Assembly (NCBI GenBank): GCA_951406725.2
Contig: OX597819.1
Location: 62,558,001 to 62,622,000, forward strand
Source: Octopus vulgaris
Taxonomy: Eukaryota
Direction of reading: 5' to 3'
Length of the DNA: 64,000 bases
Shown here: piece by piece, positions 1 through 14,994 of the stretch
Layout: each line of letters starts with the position of its first letter
How positions within the stretch are numbered: position 1 is the stretch's first letter
Position numbers and translations under genes: made by a program
Notes under the pieces: model-generated
What the model was told of the DNA's origin: nothing
Database searches by the model: none
The model's input: only the letters and a program-made list of their open reading frames with translations

Positions 1-291
1 TATATTCCGTATTTGCAAAAACAGTAAATGAAGTATAAGGAAAGGAAAATTATATAAGTGTAGACGAACTTTAATGATTAGGAATCTAATTTGTATCTTA
101 TGAAGAGTTTTTCGTCTTTGTCTTTGGAATTAATTAGACTCCGAAACAATTTGTAGAATGTAGATAGGTTCTGTACCAACTTGGTACAGAACCAATATAC
201 TTCATCTCTCATCTCTCTCTCTCTCCCTCTCTCTTTATATATATATATAATGAAATGGATAAATGAATTATCTTGTTACGGATTATTCAAA

Positions 292-366
<75 letters not shown>

Positions 367-567
367 TACATACATATATATTTTTATATTGACAGAGAGA
401 CGAATTTGTTGACAAATTCATTTCTGGTCAGATATTTTGACATGAAAGCTTATGCATAGTTTTTTTTTCGACAAAGAAATCTAGTATTATATAAACTTAA
501 TGGAAAATAGATATAAAACTCAATCAATTTCTGTCGATTAAAAACAATATATAAAGAAATGGCTTAC

Positions 568-1018
568 CGCGACAAACACCATAGCTCTTGCTCAGCGAAG
601 ATTTCTTCTCTGGAATGCACCTAAGTCCTAAGTTTTGGTCACATCGTTTCCGTGTATTAAAGCCACATTTTTCACCCGCCATTTGTAGGCAGCTGCAGTC
701 CTCTGCTGATGGAAGCCTGTTACCTGGGCAACGGGATATTTTAGGGTTGCATTGATTTTGTTCATCGTCACTCTCTGTGGCGGCTGGAGAGGTTGCAGTG
801 ACAGCGGCAAATGTCATGGTGGCAGACGTGGACGAATCACTGAAATGTGTTGTTTCTTGTTGATTCTCCTTGTTCCCAGGATCGGAATCAGATTCCTTGT
901 TGGTCTCTGAAGCGCTGATATTTTCTGCCAATGAGATATTCAATAACAAATTGAATAGAGTTAATACAATGATAATGTATGGTACCAAGTTTCGCAGGTG
1001 AGATATTCCGTACATCAT
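568..1018 (-). CDS. First coding exon of a secreted protein with an IGFBP N-terminal-type Cys-rich domain (CCN/CRIM1/IGFBP-related family); gene continues left of the window
   Basis: ATG at 1018, hydrophobic signal peptide (YIIIVLTLFNLLLNISLA), S/T/E-rich linker, then C-x6-C...CSC-x6-CG...CDQNLGLRC...GVCR, which resembles CCN 'CDPHKGLFC...GVCT' and CRIM1 'CDRGLRC...GVCE'. A phase-1 donor G|GTAAGC follows at 567, so the ORF-track tail GKPFLY... is intronic. Confidence 0.8.
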
Positions 1019-1206
1019 GTCAGTAGTGAGCCTTTGTTGAAATGAAAATTCTTCTGCAAGAAGATGGTTCCGAACCCGCTAGCTGATCATGATTACCGAC
1101 TCAATTAATTTCATTCTTCGCCTCTTTTTCGATGTTTAAGTCGATGCAATATGACATAAGGAACAGCAGCAGAAGCAACAAAAACAACGCCGGACCAACC
1201 GCCGAC

Positions 1207-1275
1207 ACCACCACCACCACCACCACCACCACCACCACCACCACCACCACCACCACCACCACCGCCACCACCACC
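1207..1275. repeat. (ACC)n trinucleotide tract upstream of the ATG
   Basis: Direct reading of about 22 ACC units. Confidence 0.95.
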
Positions 1276-1616
1276 AATAACAACAGCGGTAGCAACAACA
1301 GTAGTAATAGTAATAGTCAAAGGGAGTCACAGTAGCAACGTGGACCAAACAACATTATCACCACGCCACAACAACAACAATACTTGTCTGTCACTAAACC
1401 ACTAAAGCAACTATTGGTAACTCACAGCTCCATCCCGGCCGAACAATAACACAAGTAATAAAAATAACCATAACAACAACAACAATAATAATAATATTAA
1501 TAAATAGTCCTGATAAGCAGAACAATTTCGGGTTTGATTTTGTAATAATCGAAACACACCCGAAAGCAACGGGTGAATAGAAAGTCCCAGAGGCGTAAAT
1601 TTTCCCTGACTACCAA

Positions 1617-1673
<57 letters not shown>

Positions 1674-1797
1674 CACTATAAACTGGCTGCTCCGAAAATA
1701 AGCTTGAAGCAGCTCCTTTGTTGTCATAAGAAGAACATTTCTTTGTTTTGAAACGAGGCCTCTACGAAATCACATTCTTCTCGCCGGAGCGTCAATG

Positions 1798-1805
1798 TTT
1801 ATATA
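1798..1805 (-). promoter_or_regulatory. Possible TATA box for the IGFBP-domain gene
   Basis: TATATAAA on the minus strand in a short CpG-containing non-repetitive island about 780 bp upstream of the ATG. Motif only. Confidence 0.25.
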
Positions 1806-1865
1806 TGGTCCTTTGCGTTTCTCTTCTGTGTGACTCTGTGTGTTTTACGAGCGTGTGTGCGTGTG

Positions 1866-1920
<55 letters not shown>

Positions 1921-2108
1921 GCGTACGTGTGCGTGTGCGTGCGTGTGTGTGTGTGTGTGTGTTCGTATGGCTGTGTGCGTATATGCGTCTAGCCGTTCGT
2001 TTTGACAGCCAGTCCTTCCCACCTCTGCTCGTTCAGTGGGCTCATGTTTATTTACCTACTCCACTCTTGTTTAAATCTACCTAAAATTTAACACCTGCCT
2101 TTTTATCC

Positions 2109-2182
<74 letters not shown>

Positions 2183-2373
2183 GTATCTATCTATCTTTCT
2201 CACTCTCTCTTCTCTTTCTCTTTCATTATGTATGTATGTATGTATCTATTTATCCCTCTCTCTTCTCTATCTCTCTCTTTCTCTGTGTGTATGTATGTTA
2301 TGTATGTATGTATGTATCCATCTATCTATGTTACTCCCTTATTCTTATGCACACACACACATACACGCACACG

Positions 2374-2416
<43 letters not shown>

Positions 2417-3355
2417 GCACTCTCTCTCTCTCTCTCATACACACGCACTCTCTCTCTCTGTTACCTTTACCCTCTCTTTCGTCCCCTCCGGCTCCCTTGT
2501 TCTCTCTTTCTCTACTACTCTTTACCCATCAACCTCATCTACATGAATTTTTAAAGAAAATCTATCTCCAACGTAATCTCCGATGTAGACTAAATCCTAC
2601 AACACAGAATTAATTACAAAGCATAACCACCAAATAATTCTCATACATTCTATCCCTCACCAGCAACATTAATAGTCACACTCAGAAATTTTGAAAAGCC
2701 TCTATAAAAACTTGTCTTGTGCTGGGGAATTTCCTCCCCTTTCCCTCGCTATGTTTCACATACTTCTTTCGCCCCTTCCGCCTAACTCTCTCCCACATTC
2801 TTCTTTGTCATGCTTTGTTGTTTTAACCTGCTTAGGTTTTTTTTTTGTACAAACCTGATCAAGCCATTCACTACGAATCAGAGGTGTATATAGTTGTTGT
2901 TGTTGCGCTTTTTTTTGTAGGCGGTAGTGTTTGCTTTTGGTCGAGTTGGTGTTGGCATTGGTTCTGGTGTGGGTGGTAGCAGGGGTGATTGCGGTCAGGC
3001 TGAGTTGGAGTTGTTGATGTTGTAATTTAAAGCTAGCCCCTATTTAATTAACTATACTGGAGATCAACGCCGTTCCAACCATGACATTCAGCTTTTTTTT
3101 TATAGCAGGGATTGCTTTGTAAAATGCCACCTTTAGCAGAGTACAATTTGCAATGCTTGCACCCACCTCTATTTCAAAATAATTTCAATACCCATTTAAC
3201 CCCCCCTACAACACACACACACATACGAGGGGCTTCCCTCAGTTTCTGTTCACCAAATCCTCTCACAAAGATTTGATCGGCCTGGCTATAGGAGAAAACT
3301 TGCACTAAGTACCACGCAGTGCGATTGAACCCAGAACCATGTGTTTGGGAAGCAA

Positions 3356-3386
<31 letters not shown>

Positions 3387-3394
3387 TGCATATT

Positions 3395-3977
3395 TGACTA
3401 CAGGACGTCACCAACTGTGTAAACAACATGAAATACGAAAACAAACGAGTGAAATACGCAAACAACGAGAGAAAAAATTGGAAAACAGCAAAAGTAAACA
3501 CAGAGAAACGACCCTTCATAAGTTGTCTGTTTAGTCCTCATTTCGAGCATTCAACGACAATATGAGTTTTCAAAGACAGTTGCTCCCATAAATTCCAATA
3601 TGAAATTTAGTATTTATGGAGGGTGAAAGTTGGGAACACAAACAAGGAAATAGAACGAAAACAAGGATGGAGGGTCATTAGACCAGAACGAGAAGAAAAT
3701 AGTGAACGCTGGGAGAAATATTTCTTTTAAGAAGAGAAAAAGTAGAAGAGAGAGAAAAAAATCGTGCAGTCCTTTGAAAGACCGTGCAGGAAGAGAAATA
3801 TGGTTACGTGAGAAAAAGAAAGATGGACGATGGTCACGTGTAAGCAACGAGATAAGAGCAAAAGAGAGAGAGGCAGATAGAAAACTGTGAAAGAGGGAGG
3901 GGAGGAAAAGGCGAGTAGAGAAGGAGGATGAAAGCTGTATAAAGTCGCATCAAAAAGGTGAAATAATATAAATTATG

Positions 3978-4010
<33 letters not shown>

Positions 4011-4082
4011 ATATATATGAATATATGGGTACAAGACGTCACCGACTGTGTACTCATCATGAAATACGAAAACAAACGAGTT
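3395..4082 (-). mobile_element. Non-coding repeat (probable Penelope-derived tail) with a partial tandem copy; related to the 15.6-17.6 kb unit
   Basis: Segment 'tacaggacgtcacc..atgaaatacgaaaacaaacgag' occurs at ~3400 and ~4030. Shares the gtcctgta...tatat end and GAAA...CTNATGA-A-GGG motif order with the 836-bp repeat. Confidence 0.5.
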
Positions 4083-4254
4083 CACCATGCTTGAAATAGC
4101 TTAGATACCCTTATTTATAATTTTAATAATTATTATAACCTATAGGATTTTTCTTCCCATGCTGCCACTTGATTTGATCGCTATTTAAAATAATATTAGC
4201 CTTATTTATATAGAAATTATATACACACACTCGCGCGCGTACACACATATAAAA

Positions 4255-4572
4255 AAGGAACACCTCGTCGGTTACGACGACGAATGTCCCAGCTGATACG
4301 ATCAACGGAACAGCTTGTTCGTTAAATTAACAAGCAAGTGACTGAGCACTCCACAGACACATGTACCCTTAACGAAGTTCTCAGGGAGATTCAGCATGAC
4401 ACAGAGTGTGACAACGTTGGCCCTTTGAAATAGAGGTACTACGCATTTTTGTCAGCTGAATGGACTGGAGCAATGTAAAATAAAGTGTCTTGCTCAAGGA
4501 CACAACGCGTCGCCGGGAATTGTACTCACGACCTTACGATCGTCAGCGGAAGCTCTGACCACTAAGCCACGC
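4255..4572 (-). mobile_element. tRNA-derived SINE (family with gtgtccttgagcaagacactttat core)
   Basis: Pol III A/B-box-like head on the minus strand. Similar or related copies at ~5436-5785(-), 8230-8560(+), 22545-22835(+), 22940-23120(-), 34100-34420(+), 53948-54225(-), 59175-59400(+). Confidence 0.75.
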
Positions 4573-5280
4573 TAATTCACTACATACATACATACATACA
4601 TACATACATACATACATACATACATACCACTGCACGTGGACTATTGGCGTGGACTATTCCCTACTTTTCATGCTTTCTCTTCGGACTTTCCTGCTTCCGA
4701 CGATTTATACTCCAAACGTTATGCACCGAGTGTCTAATTAATATATTTCTTGTTCACGTCCTCACGTTCGTCTTTTCCTTCTTTCTCTCTTTTTGATTGC
4801 TTGTTTATTTGAAGTAATCAATTATATATACAGTTATAAATTGTAAAACATAACTGTCACCAATTCTACATGAACCTAAAGATTGCATAGAGTAATTCAT
4901 GAAAGTACTAGTTCAATCAGAATGGACATTTAATATTCTATCATTTTATTATATTACCTTATATTATATTATTATAAAATTGTAAATAAAACGTGAAAAT
5001 CAAAGTTGGAATTTCTTTGAGTAACATATATATGTACAATTTACAATTCATAATTTATTTGTATTGATTTTATAAAAAATTCAACATTTTTATATCATTC
5101 ACATAAATGATTTAAACATACATAATTCTCCATTTTGTTTCTTTCAATATCAATAATATATGTTACTATAATAACCCCTACTATATCGTCGAGACTTTCA
5201 CCTTGTATGATAATGATTAACCAGCGGGATTTGGGGGTTTATTTAAAGCCTAGTATGGATCTAACCTCCTCGAATTGACA

Positions 5281-5334
<54 letters not shown>

Positions 5335-6270
5335 GTATGCATGTGTGTGTGAGTATGTATGAATGTATGTATGTATATATATATATGTTTAACGTTTCAA
5401 GTATATATATATATATATATATATATATACAAATCTGTGGCACTCCGTCGGTTACGAGGACGGGGGTTCCAAGTTGTCCGATCAACGGAACAGCCTGCTT
5501 GTGAAATTAACGTGAAGGTGGCTGGGCACTCCACAGACACGTGACGCAGTTCTCGGGGAGATTCAACGTGACGCAGTGTGTGACAAGGCTGGCCCTATGA
5601 AATACAGCTACAACAGAGACAGGAAGAGTGAGAAAAAGTTGAGGTGAAAGAGTACAGCAGGGTTCGCCACCACCCCCTGTCGGAACCTCGTGAAGCTTTA
5701 GGTGTATTTGCTCAATAAACACAATCGAAACCGCGATCCCACGACCGCGAGTCCGTGCTCTAACCACTGGGCCATTGCGCCTCCACACACATACGCACAC
5801 ACACACATATATACACGACAAGGAAACCGACTGCCAGTACCGTGGGATTTTGGTAAGAAAAGCACCTGAAGATCTAGAAATGATATCACAAAAGATTAAT
5901 TTAATTTGATTTCAAATTTATTTCCCTTTCTCTTACAACATGATTAAATCGTGTTACATAACGATTGAAACCTATAACCTATTTTGATAAAATTGTAAAT
6001 ACCTTTCTTTTGTTCACAATAAAGTCTTCAAACTATTTTTGTTTTTTTAATAAGCGTGTATGCATGCATGTGTGTGTGTATGTGTCTTTTTGTGTGTAGC
6101 ATTTTAAAAAGCTTATAGTGTGTTATAATGCTTTTAGTACTTTAGTCAATGTACTCTGCCCGGAAAAAGGTTGAAAAAATTCACTTATGAAGAGAATCCC
6201 TTGTTGACTCATGTTCTTGTTGTTCTTGCTGCTGCTGCAGTTGTTGTTATCCTTATAATTGAGCTTCTCT

Positions 6271-6815
6271 GGTACTTTATGCTATCGACCCCGAAATGAT
6301 AAAACAAGAAGTCGACCTCAGTAGCTTTTGAAAACAGAACGCAAAAAGCCGGAAACATTTTTTTCCGACGCCATAAGGATTCTGCTATCTCACCGCTTTT
6401 CTACAATAGCCATGAGGCCAGATATTTTGTGGGTAGGGGCCAGTCGATTACATCAGCCTCAGTGCGCAGCTAGTACTTATTTTATCGACCTCGAAAAGAT
6501 GAAAAGGAAGGTTAACCTTAGCAGGGTTTGAATACAGAACACAAAAACCCGAAGAAACACCACTAAACATTTTGTCCGACGCACTAATAATTCTGCTATC
6601 TTGCCGCCTTTCTACAATAGACATAAGGCCAGAAATTCGGGGGTAGGTGCCAGTCGATTCTATCAACCTCAGTGCGCAACTGGTACTTATTTTATCGATC
6701 CCGAAAACATGAAAGGGAAGGTTCACCTCATCAGCGTTTGAATACGGAAAACGCTGGAAGAAATATTGCTAAACATTTTGTTCGACGCACTAAGGATTCT
6801 GCCAGTTCGCCGCTT
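6271..6815 (-). mobile_element. Tandem ~220-bp trimer of a Nin/Deu-domain SINE
   Basis: Three repeats of 'gtacttattttatcgacc..gaaa.gatgaaa..aaggt..acct' (reverse of the Nin-like cctttcatcctttcggggtcgataaa motif). Confidence 0.75.
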
Positions 6816-8619
6816 TAGTAACACCAATGATATTTAAATATTTCAGCAAAGGTTATAGCGTCTTTGTAATATTAATACTGTCATTTGCAATACATATGGG
6901 AGTGGCTTTAATGTTGATACGTACGTAATAACAGCACCAGATGTTAATGTGGACGCCTCGGTTTCCGTTGCTCCGGGCCGATCAAAACATTGGGGCGCGT
7001 GCGCACACACACACAAACACACAAAGATTGGAAATAAGTTTTTATATATACGTGTTTAGGAAGTGCGTGTACTGAAAATTTTAACAAGGTCAGAGATGAA
7101 TTTGTCAAAAAAAGTAAAAATATACTCTCAAAAAATGACAAAAAATATCTTCTACAAAATGTAAACGAACAACCAAGAGAAAAAGAAATAAAAAGAGAAA
7201 AAGAAACACAGGTGGAAAAGAAAGGGAAAGAAGAAAGAAAGACAGTTAGAGAGAGAGAGAGAATGATGTAGGAAAGTCTCATAGCTAACATATGTGTGTT
7301 ATTACCGGGCAAATAGTGGGTGGGCCAGTGTTGTTTGCTGTGAATCAGTACTTTTCAATATGGTGGTCATCAAATTCTGTCGTTCGCCATTTTTCTTTTT
7401 TCTTCTCGATAACAATATTAAATGTTCTGGAATGTTTGACGAAGACACGGATACTGTACACAGACACACTCGGACACTCGAACTTAATAACACATGAAAA
7501 AAATACGAACACACAAGAAAATACATATACTCACACTAAAATATACATACTCTTTCAAACGCATACACACACGCACAGAGATAATTATACACGAACCCAT
7601 ACAAAGAAATACGTTCATTTAAGTAAACATACAAAGGTACACAGAAAAATACACATACATATACACAAACATGCATGTGCAAACAAGCGCATATATAGAC
7701 ATATATACTCGCAATGACTCCTGTACATTCATTGGATCAACCTAAACACGCATACAGAATAAGGTCTCCAACTGAGAAACATGAGCTGAGATCCAGTGCA
7801 CACAAATGAGTGATGTCCGCATGTCTATAAGCTTATATAATGATGGTTTACATTAATACAGGAACGTGAACTCGCAGTAGTAAAGAATGGCAGGGAAAAT
7901 TTACCCCAATACATGACTGGTACAGGAGACATGGGTGTGTGGTCAAAAGGCTTGCTTTGCAATCACGTGTTTTCGGATTTGGATTTAACGTGGCACCTTG
8001 GGCTAACCAATGCCTTGTGAGTGAATTTATTAGACGGAGACAGTGAAGAAGCCTGTCGTTTTGTGTATATATATATATATAAATATATACATACATGCAT
8101 ACCTACACACACACATACATGCATACATACATACATACATACATACATACACACATACATACATACATACATACATACATACATACATACATACATACAT
8201 ACATTACATACATATATATATGCATGTGAAGGTACATGGCTCAGTGGTTAGAGAGTCGAGTTAACTATCGTGAGGTTGTGAGTTCAAATCCTGGACCGAG
8301 CTACGTGTTGTGTTCTTGAGCAAGACACTTTATTTCATGTTGCTCCAGTTCACTCAGCGGTAGAAATGAGTTGCGACGTCACAGGTGCCAAGCTGTATCG
8401 GCCCTTGCCTTTCCCTTGGATAACACTGGTGACGTGGAGAGGGGAGGCCGGTATGCATGGGCGACTGCTGGTCTTCCATAAACATCATCGCCCGGATTTG
8501 TGCCTGGGAGGGTAACTTTCTATGTGCAATCTCATGGTCATTCGTGACCGAAGGGGGTCTCAGCAGCATTTCAGCATATATATATAAATTAAATTAGAGA
8601 TAAAACCACTATTAGGCAA

Positions 8620-8657
<38 letters not shown>

Positions 8658-8660
<3 letters not shown>

Positions 8661-9405
8661 GCTGAGGTATCTGGTTATACCCGCGAGCGGGGATATTCTC
8701 AGTACCCATTACAATGCCAAATTTCTCTCAGGTAGAAAACGAAATCAAGACAGATAATAGAATGCGTAAGCAAATTCATTCACGAAACAATAACACAAAT
8801 AAATACGTGTGGAATCGGAAAATGACAATCGTTTGGTCAGATGAGTGGAAAGCTGCAAATCAATGGAAACACCAAGAAGGGAATTGTAAAGGAGTGCTAT
8901 GAAAAAAAAAAAATGAACAAAAAAGTTTGAAAAGTAAACAAAAATTTATTTAGAGAAAAGAGATTTTATACTTACAAAAAAGGGTGCAGTGCAGAGGCGG
9001 CAACGCAGCGGTCATAACAGTCGTAAGATGCTATGAGGAGGAAAAAAAAGCATACAATTTTCGTCATTTTGGGGAACAGTCTTTTGCAATCCGAGAGAAA
9101 ATTTTAAGTGCACATGCACTTAAATTTGACGGCTGTGTTTTATGGGTATAGTTCCACTGATCGTGAGAATAAAATATCGATTGCAACGGTTAGAACCGAC
9201 AATTTTAAGTGCAGGCGTTAAGAAAATACATGTTACAGCAACCTGAGAATACTGAAATAATTGCTAAGCATTTTAGCACCACAACAATTTATGCCAAATT
9301 ACGTTAATAAGTTAATCACAATTCATCTTACGCTTTGCTTGAGTGACCTGGGTAAAAGTTTATTTGTCTCACCCCATCCTTAATGTGTATTACATCTGTG
9401 TATAA
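8658..9405 (-). mobile_element. Non-autonomous Helitron-like repeat (second copy at 36788-37630)
   Basis: About 700 bp colinear with 36790-37380 (cagtaccc.ttacaatgcc...aaatacgtgtggaatcggaaaatgacaatcg...ctgtgtataaaat). Confidence 0.65.
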
Positions 9406-9776
9406 AATAGATACAGATAAAAATTGCCATTTATATGGGTGTATGTGTTTGTGTTAGCTCGATTACCGCTTAACAATCGATGCTGGTGTGCTTATGTCCC
9501 CGTAACCTAGCGGATCAGCGAAAATGATCGATAAATTAAGTACCAGACTTAACAATTAAGTGTCTTCTGTTCTAGCCTCGGGCCGACCAAAGCCTTGTGA
9601 GTGGATTTGGTCGACGGAAACTGAAAGAAGTGTGTGTGTGTGTATTTGTGCGTCTGTATTTGGTCACTCCACCATCGCTTGACAACCGATGTTGGTGTGT
9701 TTACGTCCCCGTGACTTAGCGGTTCAGCAAAACTGATCGACAGAATAAACACTAGGATTGATTTGTTCGACTAAAC

Positions 9777-10073
9777 CAGAGGTTCTCAAACTTTTTGGGC
9801 CAGCGCCCCCCTCATGCCCACAAAATACCCTCAGTGCCCCACCCCTATCTTTTTTTATAAATAAATATTTTATATTTTATTAATTTATATATACTATGAA
9901 TCATTTGATATTTATTACAATATTATATAATTTATATAGAATATTATAATAGTATAATAAATTCATAGCGTCCCCCAATCCACTGCCTTCCTTCCAATGC
10001 CTCCTTTTTCTCTGCCCACCTGGTCCGTCTCAAAGTCCACCGAAGGGCGGTAACGCCCACTTTGAGAACTTTG
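9777..10073. mobile_element. hAT-family MITE inserted into a SINE tail
   Basis: TIRs CAGAGGTTCTCAAA / TTTGAGAACTTTG with a perfect 8-bp TSD GACTAAAC at 9769-9776 and 10074-10081. Confidence 0.85.
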
Positions 10074-10200
10074 GACTAAACTCATGAAAGTTATGCCTAG
10101 GCCGCAATCCAATAACTGAAACAAGTAAAAGAAAATTCCTGTTAAGATGAAAGGCAAATTCGCTGATTGCTACCTAAAATTATGGATCCTTTATTCAAAC

Positions 10201-10389
10201 CAGGACTGTGGAGTCGAAACAAAATCTTTGACTCCGACTCCGAATCCTCTACAAATGGCTCCTCTGACTCCTCATGTAATTAAGTGATTGTGGTCTATTT
10301 TACCGACTCCGACTCCGACTCCAGTTACCCTTCATTGTTTCCGTCTCCGTCTCCGACTCCAACTCTACGACTCCGACTCTATAGCCCTG
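10201..10389. mobile_element. hAT-family MITE with CGACTC subterminal repeats
   Basis: TIRs CAGGACTGTGGAGTCG / CGACTCTATAGCCCTG; 8-bp TSD ATTCAAAC/GTTCAAAC (1 mismatch); internal (CCGACT)n. Confidence 0.8.
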
Positions 10390-11096
10390 GTTCAAACTGT
10401 GCGTCTTTTTCATCCTGGGAAACCATCAAATAAAACACCAGTTTAGTAAAGAGCTACTGTGGGTGCATGAATGTGTGTTGTGGTTTGTATTTTCATGGTT
10501 GTTTAGCCTCAGGTAAGCCCTGGCCAAGAGACCTCTCAGGAAATTCATTTCACCCATAAGCATCCGATGTTTTACTGTTATATCTTCTTCCCTAGCTACT
10601 GTGGCCCTCTAACCATATCTGACCTGTGAAAGTCAGCATAGTTCTGCAAAATTTCCGCCACTCGCTACCTTGATGTTATCGCTTCTTTGATGTTATCCAT
10701 TTTCTTCTCATGATATTATTTAAGCCTTTCCTGGCACTTTATTTTGCGAAAAACCCACTCATTTTTCTTTTTTCATCCGTCTAGCTTATTCTGAGAATGT
10801 CTCTAAAATACTATTGTTCATATTCTTCAAATTCTTCATAATCCAGCATTCACCTCCATTGATAGGTGACAATCAAAGAACTGAGTAGTTCTCCCTTTTT
10901 TTTCGCAATGAAATGGCCCTTATTCATCCATGTATTGTCCAGTGATATCATGGCGGTTTTGGCTATATAGCACAACATCCATCCAATGTATCATCATCTT
11001 GTTTAAGAGGGAAGAAGGTAGAGCGCAATCAGAGGGAGATTTAGCTGTTATTTCTAGTGAGACAAGTGATCACAAGCAAAGCCCTCTCGCTGCCTC

Positions 11097-11165
<69 letters not shown>

Positions 11166-12272
11166 TGTGTTGTGTGTGTAGGGAGAAATAATTAATTGAG
11201 TGTATTCTTACCTATAGAATGTGTTTCATGGTGCATATGTTACGAAATCGTATTCAAACAGTTTGGCGACGAACAGAAAGGTGTGTTGGTGTGGCACCAG
11301 CAATACCTAACCAGCTTTATACTTGATCAGCTTAAAAAAATAATGGAACCCGAGTTATGACAACAATAAACAGTAAACCGGTTTCTGGTTTGGCAGAAGT
11401 GTGCAAGTAAACAGGAGGGCGGGTCACGTCTTTCACAGGAGAAAAATATAAATGTCAACAGAGTGTCGGTGCGTAATTAAGAAAATAAAATGGAAGGAAC
11501 TGAGAAATAGTGGAGAATGGAGAGGGTAAGAGATCAGCAGAAGAGTTAGAGAGAGAGATAGATTGATAGGTAGATATAAAAACAGACAAATGAGAAGAAG
11601 GGAAAAATACTATACATATATATATTTACATACACACTCACAGGTAGATCACTGAATTTTCTTGACACTGATGGTCCGAAATCTCTTGTAATCCGCACGA
11701 ATACACACCGATGTACAAGTACTCGTATTTCATTTAATCAGTTAAGTAAATTTTATGTTTTAAACTTATAGTCTGTTGACCTTAGTGACCACACCTAGTT
11801 CGGAAAAATCAGTAATCCACAGAGGTTCCAGAAAATTCGATGCCATACATATACACACACAAACACACATACCTTACACACATAGTAAAAACAGACTGAA
11901 GAGTATGTCATAGCTCGCTTATTTATTTAGTAAACCTGATGAGTTGAGAGATGCATAATGCATTACATAATCGTATTGTTGTTGCGCATACTACATACAT
12001 GACTGCACCATGTTTGCAATACAATAAAGACTCTTGTGGCAGTAGCATATAACTTATTCGTCTGTGTTTATAACGTTTCAATGCCGGATACTTTTGGCGG
12101 ATCACGAAATAACAATGAACTTCATTTCATTGAAGCATTATGGGCGATGTTAATGGGTTATTGAACTGTGTGATTTGCGCCATTCTGTCTAGCCAATAAT
12201 TATGGCGTGCTTCACTTTGATATGCTCTGATCTTTTACGGATTCCCTTTAATTAGATCTATCTGTCTATCTA

Positions 12273-12927
<655 letters not shown>

Positions 12928-14366
12928 CAGCATATTAAAAGGGGTCCGTGGGAAAACTCATTCAAGTAAAAGGGGGTGCTTGGTAGTGAAAATGTGAAAA
13001 TGCTGGGAACCATTGGTCTATACTTTCTGAGTTCAAATTCTTCCGAGGTCGGCTTTGCCTTTCATCTTTTCGGGGTCGATAAAATAAGTACCTGCTGACA
13101 CCTGGGGTCAATGTCATCGACTTAACCTCTCCTCCGAAATTACTGACCTTGAGCGGAATATCGAAATCGATATTACTAGTGGCTGTAGTGGTGATAGCAG
13201 TTCTAGTAGTGGTGAGTTAGTGGGAATGGTGTTGGTTTCGATGGTAGTGGTGTTAGTAGCGGTGTTGGTTGTGGTCTTGTTAGTGCTGTTGGTGGTGATG
13301 TGTAGTGGTGGTGGTTGTGGGTTTGGTGAACGTGCAGCATTATGATTTGAAATGAAGTTGGCGGGGGTCGAAATAAGTACGAATGTGATGGCAGAGGTTG
13401 TGGTTTTCGCAAAGGTGGAAGTGGTGGAGAGGGTGACGTCGATAGTAGCAGCAGTGATGGTGGTGGTGGTGGTGGTGGTATTGGTGATGCTCGCGGTCTC
13501 CAACCTAATCTGAGTCAGTTTGTACTTACTGGCTTGTAATACGAGTTGGGGGCTGTGTATAATTGATAGTATATATGTATTTGTAGTTAGAGTGTGTGTA
13601 TGTAGTGTGCGTGTGTGTGTCTTTGTGTATGTGATTGTGTGTGCGTGTGTGTGCGTTTGTTTGTGTGTATTAGTGTGAGTGCGTGTGCGGTTTATTGTGT
13701 TTGTGTTTGTGTGTGCGTGTGTGTGCGTGTGTTTGTGTATATGTGTTTGTGTGTGTGTGTACGTGTGTATGTGTGTCTGTATGTGTGTGTGTATGTGTGT
13801 GTTTTGTGTTTGTGTATGTGTTTGTATATGTGTGTTTGAGTGCGTGTGTGTGTATGTGTCTGTATGTGCGTGTATGTATGTGTTTTGTGTGGGTGTATAT
13901 GTGTTTTGCGTGTGTATGCATGTGTGCGTGTGTTTGGGTACGTAAGTTTGTGTATGTGCATGTGTGTGTGTTTGTATGTGTGTGTATGTGTGTGTTTTAT
14001 GTGCGTATGTGTTTTTGTGTGTTGTGTGTGTGTTTGTGTGTATGTATGTGTATGTGTGTGTGTGTGTGTGCAATGTTGGTATACGTGTCAAGTGTCCCTC
14101 CCAGTTTGTTTTGTGCGCTGCGTGAAAGGTTTCATCTGATGTGTGTAGATGGGGAGTGGTCACTGTGTGTGTGTGTGTGTGTGTGTGTGTATTAGTGTTT
14201 ATTCTTTTATTTTTATACTTGTTTCAGTCATTTGATTGCGGCCTTATTCTTTGTAAGCCTAGTACTTATTCTATCGGTCCTTTTTGCTGAACCGGCAAGT
14301 TACGGGGTAGTTAAACACATCAGTATCGGTTGTCAAGTGATGGCGGGGGAACAAACACAGACAAAA

Positions 14367-14414
<48 letters not shown>

Positions 14415-14994
14415 GTATACATACGACGGGCTTCTTTCAGTTTCTGTCTACTAAATCTATTGACAAGGCTTTGGTCGGCCCGAGGCTATAGAAGAAGACA
14501 CTTGCCCATAGGGCCACCAGTGGGTCTGAACCCGGCTATGTGGTTGGGAAGATAGCTTCTTACCACACAGCCACGCATGTAGTGGGTGAGAGAAACACGC
14601 GGAACAAATACCATACAACATAAAAATTCGCCTGGCAAAATATTTTATTTGCTAAAAAAGTCAGAAACCATAGTCCAGGAAATAGATGGTAAATGTTTTT
14701 ATTTTTCATTCCCTTCGATATTTTATCCATAATTAGTGCTTTGGACTTCAACTGTTCCTTCTAGCGTAAGGGAGTCCTATGATGGATACATTTTGTTTAA
14801 ATGTCTTTAAATGTACACTGTACTTTATATGAACAATATATAGTCTATTGACTAATTTTTCTATGCGCTAGGCCACTGGAAGTAAAAATTTCTAGAATCT
14901 TTATTACCCTGATATTAATAATTATGTATAATGATTCCTGGAAAATTTGTTCGCAGAAATTGCCGGCATTCTTTTTGGTACGCTAGGTATAGTT

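Noticed and set aside
13114-14163. 349-aa His/Thr-rich ORF
   Set aside because: It is the translation of degenerate (CA)n and (ACC)n repeats, which lack stops by composition, and it ends in a SINE.
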